From Callorhinchus milii (lineage: Eukaryota): 64,000 nt of DNA. The notes under the pieces were generated by a model that saw only the letters and a list, made by a program, of their open reading frames with translations, was not told the DNA's origin and made no database searches. Each line of letters begins with the position of its first letter. Position 1 is the first letter of the stretch. Positions 24,778 to 38,289 of this stretch are shown in pieces. Position numbers and translations under genes: made by a program. Where the stretch lies: the NCBI RefSeq assembly GCF_018977255.1, contig NW_024704743.1:103294001-103358000 (forward strand). Reading direction: 5' to 3'.

Positions 24778-26660
24778 AATACCTGAAAGCATAAGTGCAA
24801 CAGTATATATTGCAACAGTATATAAATTGGTGCTGTAAAATACACCAACATCTTTGATTTTATAAATTGTTACCACAAATTGCTATCACACACCCCACCT
24901 ATGCTCATAATGTTACTACAAACTGGAAATATGTTGTGAGTTTCTACATTCACTACAAGAGTTACATGTCCAATAATTTACTAAGATCATAGTACCAAAA
25001 AGCCATGATACCATTACAATGTCTAATAAGTCTTAAAGAAATGATTTTTTTTAGATAATAGGGTACTTATCATGACTCTTTGGTCATCCTGTACTTTTTT
25101 TTAAATCACTTCACACTGGTTACAGCCATGAGTCAGCTAGCATACTTAGGTTTCTCTTAACTTTTCCCTTGGCAAGTTCTATCCCTTTGATTGAGTAAAT
25201 ATGCCTCCTCATCTATTTTCAGTCATGTAAGTACCAGTTTTGTTAGCATTCGGAATTTTATAAATTGAAAATGTTGTTAATAATTTTAGGCAAATGTTTA
25301 GCCTAATACCAACAAAAACATGGAAATGTCCTCTGACAATATAATGCAGTAGGACCCCAGGGGAGAGAAGGCTCGAGGGACAAAGTCTGTGCTTTCTTAA
25401 GGAGGTGTCCGCGCTTGTATCACTCTTGTAGGAGCTGGACTGAGGGTGGAGACCCTATCATTGTTCAAGGCCAGGGAGCATAATGCCTGGATTACATGGC
25501 TGGTTTACGGTTGGTTAAGATTTAGAGGTGGGGGGGGGGGATGGGAGATTGTGGGTTTATAAGAGTGATCGCAGGCACTGGCCACAAATTCCAGGTGCTT
25601 ACACTTCTCCGGTTACATTGTTCTGTTGTGGTTGTTGTTACAAGTTTGCCTCCTGAGAGATTAAGGTTGTGTTGTTATGGTCTCTGCCTGGCTTGGGTAT
25701 TCATGTTACAATATTTTTAGTTGCATAACCTTACAAAACTAGATCAATTTGGCATATGTGGCATGTGCACTCAGGGTTATGAAGTGAATCCTTACAATTA
25801 TATATTCATTAGGGAGCATCAGACAATTAACATTCCTAATGGTGTTCACTGCCACAGCATATGTGTCAATTCATTTGAAAGATACTTTGGGCATAATGCA
25901 GGAGAATATTGCTAATGTTTCACAGTCTCCACAGTAAAGAAGCTTTCGGATTTTCCATCACCATTAACCATCAATAGGATCTCACAATAATTTGGGCCTC
26001 AATCTTATTAAACTGTTTGGATAACTTTTTCATTTTAATAGTTTTTATTTTTCATTTTAATGCCTGCAACGTACATTTATATATTTTATTATTAATTGTA
26101 AGCCATTTAAATACTACACCTGTTGTAGAAACAGATTACTCTCCTGTTTGTTATAGCTATCTAGTATCCCTGAATATGGGATCTGATTCACAGCTTTGTC
26201 ACCAGATAAAAACCTTGAAAAACTGCTCAGATTTCGAATAAGAGAAATTATATCTTAGGAGACCATTTGATCCATTAAAAATTTTACAAAGATCAACAAC
26301 ATACAGCTATCAAGACAGATTGGACTGTTTAGAACTTTTCTCTCCGGAAAGGAGATATTGAGAGGACCTGATAGAGGTTTTAAAAAAAATGCATATGCTT
26401 TTAATTTTGGAGGAAAAGACCATACACTTCATCTTGATTTAGAAGATTGACCACAGTTCCAGTGAACAACCCATAAACAGCCATGAAACAAATGACTAAT
26501 TATATCTGGGGAATTATTGGCCAGGAAACCAACAAAGTCCCTTTCCAATTTCAATTACACTGTGGGATCTTTAACTTCCGCCTGAAAGGCAGGCAGGAAC
26601 TTGGTTTAATATCTCATCCAAAGGACCTCCAACAATGCAGGGGCCTCCCAGGATTGCAAT

Positions 26661-27368
26661 GGAGTCTTATAGCTTAGTTATTGGAGCACTCTCCTCGCAA
26701 GGGAGAGTACCTGGGTTTGATTCTCGGCAAGGCAAAACATTGGGCAAGTCTCCTTACTCTACACCCCTCTGTTTGCCTAGCAGAAAGTAGGAAACCAGTG
26801 GATTGGTAGATCGCTTTTCCTGGGGTAATAATCTCTTCAAAAAAAAATAATAATTTGGTTACTCAATCCACAACTCTTTGTGGGATACTGCTGTGCACAA
26901 TTGGCTGTCACATTTCGCCCACAAGATATACAGTCAATTCACTTTTCAGTACATTCTGTGAAGCACTTTGAGACGTATGGGAGACATGATAATATAATAA
27001 CTGAGGTGGATTTTATAATAATAATCCTTGCATTTGATATAGCGCTTTTCACATCTTCTAGACGTCTCAAAGCGCTTCACAGAATATGCCGTAAAAGTGA
27101 ATTTATATATCTGTATATCTGTGGACGAAACGCGGCAGCCAATTGCGCACAGCAGTGTCCCACAAAAACAGTCGTGGATTGAAAATGACCAATTTATTAT
27201 TGTTTTTGGAGGGATTAATATTAGGCGTGTGGAGTAAGGAACCTTGCCCAATGTTTCGCCCTGCCTGGAATTGAACCCAGGTCTCTCGCTTGCAAGGCGA
27301 GTTCTCTAACCACTTAGCTACAGGACTCCACAAAGATGCTATTTCAAATGCAAAGATTATTATGATTA
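26661..27368 (+). mobile_element. tRNA-derived SINE, long form, tail interrupted by a younger SINE
   Basis: Head at 26661, body to about 26992, remaining tail ATGCTATTTCAAATGCAAAGATTATT at about 27335-27368. Confidence 0.85.
27015..27329 (-). mobile_element. Young tRNA-derived SINE, short form
   Basis: Complete head-to-tail copy, antisense to its host. Confidence 0.93.
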
Positions 27369-28599
27369 AGACTGGTGTGAGTTCAAAGTGCCGATATGGG
27401 GTTTGAACTCACAATATTCTGGCAGGGGCAAGAACACTAACAAGTGAGTGAGGCTGACACCCAATTCTGCACAACCTTAGTTTTGAAATAAAACAAATTA
27501 AAATTAAGGCCAAATTCCTGCTTTCATGGATGAATCATTTAGCCATGAAAAAATAAGATTGTCGACTGAACAATTGTTGACCCTCCTCGCAGACTCTGGT
27601 ACAATTTTCGCAAATAATATTTCCTCTCGTTAGACCATGCATAAAATACTTATAGCTGGTAATTGTTTGTGTAAATATAATAACTCTCTGATATTACATC
27701 TCACCACATTCACCTACAAATACTGTTGCCAATTTTCTAGTAAACTCTGTGAAGAAGTTTAAGATGTCCTTCTCATGCAGATTTGTGACATCAAATGCAA
27801 ATATCATCATTAATTATTATTATATAATATTAATTATTATTACTAATAATCAGAAGAACACACAACATCAATTAACCCCATTGCCAAGGACAGTACATGT
27901 ACCAAGGGTTTTGTAAACATCACCACTATACAGAACTTCAGATAACACAGAGGGAACAGCCTTTCCAAGTAAAATAGGAATCATTGGAGAGAACCGTCAC
28001 TTTTTAAAGACATAAACCACATAGGTAGAAGGCATATCAGGAAATAATTATTGAAATAGCAACTCAGCAATGTTACACTATCCAAATATCTTTGAACAAA
28101 GATTCAATTTCTGAGGTGCAGAGAGTTTGTCGAACAATAGGATGGTTGGACTGAAGTCTACAGTGCAGTGATTAAGAACCGGTATGACGCCTAGATTGAA
28201 ATTTTCAATGATACATAGATACAGGGGCAAAGAGGCTATATTACAAAGTGTTCTGATTTTGTTTGGCTCCAAGCAACTCAAAGCTTGGTTGGCAGAAATT
28301 GGAGACAAACTGCAGTCATTAGTAAGGAAGGATTGACATAAGTGAGGAATGTCATGAGTCTGTTTTCATCATGTTAATAACAACATTCAATCTCCAAAAA
28401 ATGATTCTATTACAGAGATAGCAGCATGGCAGGCAGGAATTTGACACTAAACTAATGGCTTGACTATCTTAAAATGGAGTCCCCTTGCAGACTTCGAGAC
28501 CTTCCTGGAGGCAACTCAAAGTTATTCAGTAGCCTGAAATTCAAACAGTATTGCAGTTGGCCTGGTGTGTCCCAACATCTCAAATATAAAATGCAGGTT

Positions 28600-28968
28600 A
28601 TATTGTCACAATTGATTTACTTAATGTTCTTCAATCCATTTACTCCCTGGCACCTCCCTAACTCTCCGACCTCCTCATTCCCCAATCCACCACCTGGTGC
28701 CACCGCTTGACTGGCACCAGCCTCCTGCTCGTCGCTCGCACACTCTGCCCCACCATCAGATGTCGCGCTTTCAGCCACTACATCCCCAAATTCTGGAACA
28801 CTCTCCCTCAATCCTTCTGCCTTGCCCCCTCTCTTCCCTCTTTCCCAGCCTGAAAACTTTCCTCTTCGACCCCCCTCCCTGGGCTTGGAGTCAGACTCCG
28901 CCACTGTTAAGCACTCTGAGACGCTACTCAGCATGGAGGCAACTATATAAGTGCAAGTTGTTGTTGTT
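28600..28968 (+). mobile_element. L2 3' end (older lineage)
   Basis: LAPP.LSDLL...RAFSH..P.FWN.LP; homologous to 53118-53922; (TTG)n tail. Confidence 0.85.
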
Positions 28969-29991
28969 CTTCAATCAATTACAACAATTTATATAGTGAT
29001 CTTCACATCAGGAGAGCATTTCAACTGGAAGTTGTTGCAGTCTTTCTCCCTCAAGAAAAAATGAATCAGGAAGTTGAAATTTCTCTTCATCCTCTACATG
29101 TGGACAAATACATTTTTGAACTAAGTGAACATCGGAATCCAATACACAGGGTGTGCAAAACACATGCATTTAGACAGTTTACACAGATGCCAAGATTAGT
29201 TTGGATGAATAAGGCCCTTCAGCCCTTTTGATCTCATCCTTTCAGAATACTCACCCCCCACCTTTTGAATACAGCATCACACTGTATATTTTATTTAAAA
29301 AAATGAGTCCAGCGTTCTGACCCCAACCATTCTTTCTGGTGATCTGAATCAGTTGTAACATGACACAATTCAACCCAATCTGAAATCTATGGCTATGATG
29401 TGTAGCATTCAATACACCAAAAGCAAATTGGCATCTAAAAACAATTTAGGCACCAAACATTTTACAAAGTAAACCAGAAGGTTGATTTGTGTGTGCAGTT
29501 ATATGCTGGTGATTGAACACATGTTTGTGGCCCTACAAAAAGCAGAGTTGTTCCACTGAACTAACCAGGGAGCTTAAGAGGAATCAGGATGGATGAACTA
29601 TGTTCTAACCCAATAATCTGGCATTTACTAGGAGGAGACATGGCTCGGCATCACAGACCACCTGCATGTTGAGGGAATCAAATTCCTGATGATTGAAATA
29701 CTCCATCAGATAGATTGATGGTGCCTGTGTAACCGCATGGATGGAGCATAACGTTCAAAACTCTGGAAAAGCAGGTAACAATGTAAAACCATTGCCGTCT
29801 GGACAACTGTCTCTCAGCATTCATGGTAAAATGAATGAACCTGCCAGCATTCCAGATCAGTTCATCAGTCACCTGCTGAGTGCTGATTGCAAGGTACTCT
29901 GCCCATTGCCAGTAAAATCATCCCCTGGTATCTGGAACAACCCCACAGCAAATAAATTCATGGTGGTTGTCAATTTAATAGCCACAAGCAG

Positions 29992-30848
29992 AACAACAAC
30001 AACAACAACAAGATTCCATTTATAAAGCGCCTTTCACGTCAGGAGGACGTCCCAAGGCGATGCACAGTTGGGTCATGACCCGAGCAGGGGGGAAATGGTC
30101 AGGGTGAGGGGAGGGAAGGGAGAGAGCGAGGAGGGGGGAAATGGTCAGGGTGAGGGGAGGGAAGGGAGGGAGCGAGGAGGGGGTAGAGAGTCGAGAGGGG
30201 AGCTGAAGGCACGGTCAAAGAGAAAGAGACCGGCCTTGAAGGAGGAAAGGGAGGAAGCAAGGCGAAGGCACTGGGGGATGGAGTTCCAGAGCCTGGGGTC
30301 TGAGAGGCTGAAGGCCCGACCACCGATGGTAGGGCGGTTGAGGCGGGGGACGTGGAGCAGACCGGAGCCAGAGGAATGGAGGGTACGGGCAGGTAGGTAG
30401 GGGGATAGTAGGTTGGAGAGGTAGGAGGGAGCAAGACCGTGAATGGCCTTGTAGGTGAGGATGAGGATCTTGAAATCAATCCTCTGGGGGATGGGGAGCC
30501 AGTGGAGGCGAGCGAGGGTGGGAGTGATGTGGTCCCGAAGCCTGGTGCGGGACAGTACACGAGCTGCAGAGTTCTGAATGACCTGCAGCTTGTGGAGGGA
30601 GGTGGCGGGAAGGCCGGCGAGGAGAGAGTTCCCGTAGTCCAGCCTTGAGGTGACAAAGGCGTGAACCAGGGTTTCAGCAGCGTGAGGGGTGAGGTAATGC
30701 CGTAGTCTGGCGATGTTCCGGAGGTGATGGAAGGCGGTGCCAGTTGTGGTGCGGATGTGAGGGAGAAAGGACAGCTCAGGGTCGAACAAAACGCCGAGGT
30801 TCCTGACTGGCTTTGAGAGGTGGAGAGTGCAGCCTTGGATGCTGAGAA
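29992..30848 (-). mobile_element. Young L2 LINE, 5'-truncated (ORF2 C-terminus plus 3' UTR)
   Basis: VRNLGVLFDPELSF...AFVTSRLDYGNSLL...HITPTLARLHWLP...RIDFKILILTYKA...GGRAFS; duplicated unit of about 46 bp in the 3' UTR; (TTG)n tail. Confidence 0.97.
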
Positions 30849-31756
30849 CAGCTGGAGTCATTGAAGAACCTCCAAATTAAGTGTTAATCATTGCCAGGGT
30901 TCAGTCATGATGTCCCTGTTGAGCTTAAATTTCCTCAGACACATTTCCCTTCTGACATATACAGGTAATGTTTTTGAAGTCTGCACATCCTTTTCTTTGG
31001 GTGAGATGGTAACTCTCTTCCTCTTCTATGGGGCACCACATCTTCCTCTGATAGATCCATTCCTGCCACAAATAGGGTTATGGCAGCTGAATTGTAAAGC
31101 CAGCAAGCCACTCTTTGTCTTTGCATCAAAGTCCCCTATACAATTGGCTCAATTTTGTTATTATAATCCAACAAGGAATGAAGTGGTTCACATTACAACA
31201 ATGATATAGGGCAAAAGAGCTAGTCAAATCCTAATAAATAATGTTGCAGAAATTGAATAGATGTATAATATTTTTGCTTGTTAAATCTGCTAAGTGGTGA
31301 TTAATAACTTTGTAATGCCCAAGCATTGTTGAATTAAGCTCAGCTTCAATATCAGCATTCTTTGTGCTGGTGGACCTGACATGACCTTGTTGGCAAAGGC
31401 AGTCACAAAGGGAAATTAATTGTGTGCGATAAAGATGCCATTAGACTGGCCATATTGTAATGACTTCAAGCATTCTGCAGAGTGACAGGAGCCATTTCAC
31501 TTCTGTTGAGTGAACCATTACATATCTTGAACATTAGTTTTTGATCGGAGCAGATCTGAGGTGACAGAATAAGGCTACAAATTATAGGCTGGAATCACAA
31601 CAGTCAAGGACAGTAGGATGGAAGAAAAGCGTGGCTAATATAAAATAATGGGTTTGGATGAAAGTGAGAAAGATTTCAACTATTTCTATCAGGAAAGTGT
31701 AAAAGAATTGTATTAAATATACATGAACGGAAAGGTAGAGTAACACAATGGACAAA

Positions 31757-32073
31757 GGCAGGGCAAAACTTGGGACATGTTTCGTTACTCTACACGCCTC
31801 TGTTTACCAAGCAGTAAGTAGGAACCCGTTGTTAGTCGATTGGCGGATCACTTTTCCGGGTTAATAGTCGCTTTAAAAAAAAATGATAATAATAATTTGG
31901 TCACTTAATCCATGACTTTTTGTGGGACACTGTTGTACGCAATTGGCTGCCGCATTTCACCCACAAAATATACAGTCAATTCACTTTACAGTATATTCTG
32001 TTCACTTTACAATATATTCTGTGAAGTGCTTTGAGACATCTCGAAGACGTGATTAGGCACAGATTATTATTAT
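31757..32073 (+). mobile_element. tRNA-derived SINE, long form, 5'-truncated
   Basis: Starts at GGCAGGGCAAAAC; contains a tandem duplication of TTCACTTTACARTATATTCTG. Confidence 0.88.
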
Positions 32074-32867
32074 TGAAAATACCCAGTCACTAGACTTTAT
32101 AGTAAAACCCTGTGAAGCAAATATCAAATGCAATGATTATACTTCTACATTGCAGTGTAAGTTACCTATAGCTACTTTCTGTATGAATTTGACATTTAAT
32201 TATTCCCTCAGTCTAAATTCCCCTTTTTATATTTATATTTCCCATTAAATAATTTGTCTAAACTATAAATGCAAATGCTCCTTTAAAGGCTTTTACTGTA
32301 TCCCGACTTTAGCTCTGAAACATATCTCTTTATGTATTTGCTCTAATTTTCTTGAAGTCTAACCTTGACCTCTTAATTTACACAATGTCTTTCCTTTCAA
32401 TGCTTTAATGTATGATGCTATGGATAAACAGAATACACAAAACATAAATCAGTGGCAACTGTACCTGTGCTTTCAAGCACTATTTCATTGTACAAGTATG
32501 AAGCAATAATACTTGTACAATGAAACTGTACTTGTACACTACTTTTTAATGAAATTCGCACAGCTTAAGTGCACTCTTAAAATAGGAATATGAAATAATT
32601 GGGTAGAATTTCTGGTATTACTTAATACATTATTTTTCTTAATTAGCACAAAGAATACTGTAAATATATTGTTCCTTAATAAGTATTACCCTCACTACAC
32701 CAAGCCTCCTATTGCTCTAGGTTAAATAATCCTTGTATTTGATATTGTGTTTATCTGTTGAAATGATTCACAGTGCTTCACATTATTTACTGTAAAGTGT
32801 AGTGACTGTGTACTTTATAGGCAAAGGTTAAACTCCTAATATGGAATTGCAGCAATGTTCTCATCCT

Positions 32868-33100
32868 ACAACACACAACAACTTGCATTTATATAGTGCC
32901 CTACACACAAGTAGCACCTTGTAGCACTTAACAGCGGTATAGTTTGACGCCAAGTAAGAAAGACAGGAGAAGGGACTGAAGGTCTGGTCAAAGAGGAAAG
33001 TCTTCAGATGTGATTTGAGGACAAGCAAAGAGGTGGCAAGATGGAGGAAGCAGGGAATTTCAGAGTTTCAGGGCATTGTGGCTGAAAGCACAGCCGCAAC
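32868..33100 (-). mobile_element. Old L2 3' end
   Basis: ACAACAACTTGCATTTATATAGTGCC tail; GGTCAAAGAGG...GGAATTTCAGAG...GTGGCTGAAAGCAC. Confidence 0.65.
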
Positions 33101-33849
33101 CAACACTAATCCAGGAATCTGACCATATCAAGCCAGTAATGTTTAAAGAAAAACAAGAGAAGAATCCCTGCTCCTATTAAGCAGCCTGCCCCTCCAAGTT
33201 CTGCCAATCAGCCAGGATGGCAGGTCTGCCAACAGCAGTGCCCTGGAGTACTATGGTGCCTCCTTAGCACGTATTTCTGTATTTACCATTTTGATCCCAT
33301 TTAACATCTTGTAAGCCTCCATAAGGTCCTCTTATCATGGTTGAAGAGACTTACCATATCTTGGGACTCATTGTAGCAATGCATTACAGTTACATTTATA
33401 GAGGCCTTTCACATCAGGAGGACATCTCAAATTAACACACAGAGACAAAACATTTTACAATACCTGACTAGCGTTTTTTCCACGTAAGAATTGATATACC
33501 ATCTACAACTTTGATGGAAATTATTTGTTACAAACACATTGCATAACTGCATGATTTTCCTGTTAGATTTTTGTCAGAATTGGTAAATAGATCATCTTTC
33601 TTTATAAACCTGATTCAACTCCTCCCAAGAATATACAAAAGGTTGAGCCTCATAATCGTTATTTGCATCAATAATAGAAATGGTTGTAAACAAATGCAAA
33701 AACGTGTTCGGTTTGTCAGTTTTATCAACATTCAAATATTCGTTTAAATCAACATTTGTACTCTTGTATACTATTTGCTGAGATCTGTTTGACATCACTA
33801 TCTATGGGGGGGAAAAAAAATGCCCCCACCCAAAAAAAAAATGATGTAA

Positions 33850-34257
33850 AATAATAATCCTTGCATTTCGTATAGCACATTCCACATCAGGAGAGCATGC
33901 CAAAGCGGTGCACAGTATTTACTGTATTATGACTGAACCAGGCAGACCAATCGTGCACAGCAATGTCCCACAGCCATGAAACAAATGACCATTTTTTTGG
34001 GGGGGATTGCTGGCCAGGACACCATGAGAAACTCCCTTCTCTTTTCAAATAGTGCCTGTACTGTCCACCTGAATAGATGGATGCAATCTCAATTTAACAT
34101 TTCATCTAAAGGACGAAACCTCTGATAATGCAACACACCCCCAGCACTGCACTGTAGTGCCATCTTAGACTACGGGAGTTCAAGTACCGACGTGGAGCTT
34201 GAACCCACAATCTTCTGACTCAAAGTCGAGAGTGCTACCACCGAGTGGGGTTGATAC
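33850..34257 (-). mobile_element. Old Deu-domain SINE, near full length
   Basis: Head, Deu body and tail collinear with 24344-24777. Confidence 0.8.
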
Positions 34258-35454
34258 ATGCGTATCCCAGTCGTTATCTCTAATTCACGAGATTTCATAC
34301 TCCAAGTGCTAGCCTCTCAGATGTTTTACCCTCATTTCAATTGTTTTTATGCCTTCCACAACTACTTTATTTGATTAAATTGCCTCATCATTGGAAAGTA
34401 GTACATTTAAACTTATTTTTGACAAGGCAAAGAAAAGTTTGTCTCTCTATCAAGCTTTCAAGGTTAAATTACAAAATTATTCCGAAAGCATCAATAGTAT
34501 CAGTGCAACAAGCTCAAATAGATGGGAAGGATATGTGCTGGGCAAATAATATGCACAAGGTATGGGATTAGCAAACTTGTGGCAACAACACAAACCCTGC
34601 AGGAAGAGATCTGTATCAAGTTCAGAATCGATTCCAAATCACTGAAATGCTAATAGTGAAACAAAGTTGAGCTTTGTGGGTAGGAGATGGATTATTACAC
34701 CCAACATTTATAACAAAGTTAACCAGCTGTGCCAGCAATCAGTGGCAGAGTGCACATCGTGAATTTTTAAGTAATCATTGCATAGCTTCAAAATAATAAT
34801 GTAATGCATGGAAAGGGAGTAGTTCTGCATCAGCAGTAGCATGTGTCATGGAGCCAGTCAAGCGGAATACAGAGACAAGTGAATACAACACACTCAATCT
34901 TAATCAGGGACAGTGACACTTTATTATAGGTCAATTGCTAAAAATGGTTACACCTTTATAATGGGATATTTCATCATTAAGAAGCAAGAAAAAGTTCACC
35001 ACTTCATTGATAAGTATAGCCTGGACCTTCCTCCCAGTGACAAGCTAACAGATAGAGAGCATAGATCACCGTCTCTCCTAGTACCCAGCTCCACACTGGT
35101 GACAAATACACCTTGGAGATCTGCAGGAATACCTTTTTGATGCAAGTAATGTATTTTTATTGCCGCAATTTGATAGCCATTGCTGATAATTTCTTCTGCT
35201 GCTTCTAAGAAGGTGTTCGTAAATTGTTGTAAAACACATTACTTGAAACATTTGTAATACAAGACAGCTATATGATTGTCAGCATGTCCCACTGAGAGAT
35301 AGGTCACAATATTGCAGGAATATTGCACAAAGGGCACTCATTCAGCAATACCTCTACAGTCTTGGTCATTTTTGACATGACTATTTCTTAAAAGGAAGTG
35401 GTTAGCATCAATCTCATAATTATGGGCTTGAAGCTTCTGGATGTTTGGAAGATT

Positions 35455-35620
35455 CAACAAATCTCTTCCATTGAAATCTGGGGAAGACGGGTTTGCAGGG
35501 TTGTGGGGAGAAAGCTGGTGATTGGGGTTAGTAAAAGTGACTTGCTCTGTCAAAGAGCCGGCACAGACTCGATGGGCCGAATGGCCTCCTTCTGTGCCGT
35601 AACATTCTATGAATCTATGA
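35455..35620 (+). mobile_element. CR1 3' terminus
   Basis: AAAGAGCCGGCACAGACTCGATGGGCCGAATGGCCTCC...ATTCTATGAATCTATGA, homologous to the 3' end of 21277-22675. Confidence 0.85.
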
Positions 35621-37021
35621 AAAAAAATGTTTCTCGCCGTTTATCAAAAAATGTGTGTCTTTGGCTAAACAGGAAATGCATAACAGTATGCTTTACAAAT
35701 GAGTAAACAAATGATGTTAAATGCTTGGGTATTACACACTTGATTAAATAAACTTTTGTTTTTTAGGTGTCTTTAAAATTGAAGAGTGCATACATTCAGA
35801 ACAATTTGTGCAAGCTTTCAATAGTTGAAAGAGTCAAAAGTTGAAATGGGTCAAAGGGAAGTTTAGCTTTCTCTTTTCGAAAGGCTAACATTATTAGGTT
35901 TCCAATCCTGTGTCCTTGCAGATAAATGCATATTAACTGTAAATCATCAGCTGTGTCTGGCAGTGCTCTAATAGAGATATTTTTGTTTTATTTTCCTGTT
36001 TGCCTCTTTGAAAAGAGATGACACAATAATTGAGCGTGTTTCAACCTTCAGTATATTGCCTCAATTTATATCCTTTTTATATCAATTTAGCTCAATTTTC
36101 AGGCTGGATCAATGTGAAGAATGTGGCATCAATCAGATTCATGGCACATGATCGCAAAACCATTCACAATGGAAGGCAACTGTTCAGACAACAATAAAGA
36201 GGTGGTTAAGCTAGAAAAAAGAATTTGCATTCATGCAGAATGTTCGATTCAGTATATACTCAAAAATGCTGGTACAGCCTGGAATTTTTAGGGATGATTT
36301 TTTTGTTATTTAAGAGCGAGCAAACAAATATCAAAATGAAGCTGTATTTGGTACAAACTAGTTCAGCGTTAACACATGCACAGAGATGGCTTCAGCCCCC
36401 ATAACAACAGCAACAAAAATAACAACAAAATGACATTACACGTTGGGACGACGTCCCAAGGCGCTGGCCAGTCAGAGTTTCGGACCCGAGCTGGGGGTCA
36501 GGATCGGGGAGATTGGAGGGGTGGGGGGGAAGCAGGGGGGGAAGCAGGGGGGGAAGCAGGGTGATCGAAAACATGGTCAAAGAGGAGGGTCTTGAGACGG
36601 ATCTTGAAGGAGGCATTGGAGGGCACGAGGCGGAGGGACTGCGGGATGGAGTTCCAGAGGGTGGGGACAGAGTGGCTGAAGGCCCACCCACCATTAGTAA
36701 GGCGAGTGAGGCAGGAGGACATGAAGCACGCTGCAGCCTGCTGAGAGGAGGGAGCGAGCAGGATGGTAGGGGATTAGGAGGTCGCAGAGGTAGGGTGGAG
36801 CAAAACCAAGGAGGGCTTTGAAGGTGAGGACCAGGATCTTGAACTGTATACTCTGGGTGATGTATTGTGTGATATACTGTATCCTCTTAGCAAGGTTGAA
36901 AGTGCAACTATGGATGGTGATGCTGTCAGCTCCTGAGGTATGGAGGCACTAACGGCAGATAATCAGGAGAGCCTCGGTCTTGTTGACGTTCAACTGAAGA
37001 AAATTAGCTCTCATCCAGGAC

Positions 37022-37258
37022 TTCTCTTTGACCGTGCCTTCAGCTCCCCTCTCGACTCTCTTCCCCCTCCTCGCTCCCTCCCTTCCCTCCCCTCACCCTG
37101 ACCATTTCCCCCCTCCTCGCTCCCTCCCTTCCCTCCCCTCACCCTGACCATTTCCCCCCTGCTCGGGTCATGACCCAACTGTGCAGCGCCTTGGGACGTC
37201 CTCCTGACGTGAAAGGCACTTTATAAATGGAATCTTGTTGTTGTTGTTGTTGTTGTTG
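37022..37258 (+). mobile_element. Young L2 3' end inserted antisense into older L2
   Basis: About 4 mismatches versus the reverse complement of 49083-49309; (TTG)n tail. Confidence 0.95.
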
Positions 37259-38289
37259 ATATCTGACATACATTCTCTCAGGACAGCAGTGATCCTGGAG
37301 TCAAGGTTGGAGGCAAAGAGGTACAGTTCGGTATCATCTGCATTCCATCCGGAAGTTGACCCCATGTCTGCGGATGAAGTCACCAAAAGGGAGCATATAC
37401 ATATTGAAGAGGAGGGGACAAGCCCTGAGGAATACCACACAAAACAGTGTGCGGGCTAGAGGAGAAACCGTTAGTGGAGATGAAATGGAGGGGGTGGGAG
37501 AGGTACGTTCTGAACCATTCAAGGACAGAACCGAGAAGGTTGAGGTGAGAGGAGAAGCGGTGGATGAAGATAGATTGGTCAATGGTGTTGAAGGCAGCAG
37601 AGAGTTCAAGGAGGAAGAGGAGGCAGAGGAAGCCCTGGTTGCAGATGGAAAGAATGTCATTTGTCACTTTGACCAGGGCTGTTTCTGTACTGTTGGCAAC
37701 ACGGAAACCCGATTGGAGGCGTTCTTGAAGGGAGTGGTGGGAGAGGAAGGAGTGAAGCTGGGAAGCAACGACTCATTCCAAGACCTTGGAGAGGAAAGGG
37801 AGGTTGAAGATGGGTCCAGGGAGGATTTTTTAAGGATAGGAGTAATGACAGCCGTTTTTAATGGGATGGGAAAAGTACCAGTACCAGTGGACAGGGAGAG
37901 GTTTATGATGTCTGTGAGTAGAGGGGCAAGGAGGTGAAGCTTGGAGGTAAGGAGAGGGGTAATGATGTGGTCGAGGGACCAGGTGGTCGGTTTCATGCAG
38001 GTAATAGTGGTGGTGAGAGAGGAGTGGGAAACAGGTTCGAAGGTGTGAGGGAGGGATGGAGTAGGGGCCGGGGTGAGATCGGGAAGTTGTAGTAGATGGA
38101 AGGGCAGAGGCAGCTGAGCAGATCCCCTCAACTTTGGATTCAAGGAAGTCCAGCATCGCCTCGCAGTTGGCAATGGAGATGAGGATGGGCGAGGCATGAG
38201 AGGGTGGGCGGAAGAACCAGTTGGTAATGGAGAAGAGGAGCCTGGGGGTGTCCTTGCCTCCAAGATTGTCTTGGAGTAGAACAACAATT

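Larger units (their letters stand above)
26455..27460 (-). mobile_element. Old Deu-domain SINE split by nested SINEs (pieces about 26455-26660 and 27369-27460)
   Basis: Deu body to the left of 26661; head (TTTGAACTCACAAT...AGGCTGACAC) resumes after 27368. Confidence 0.75.
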
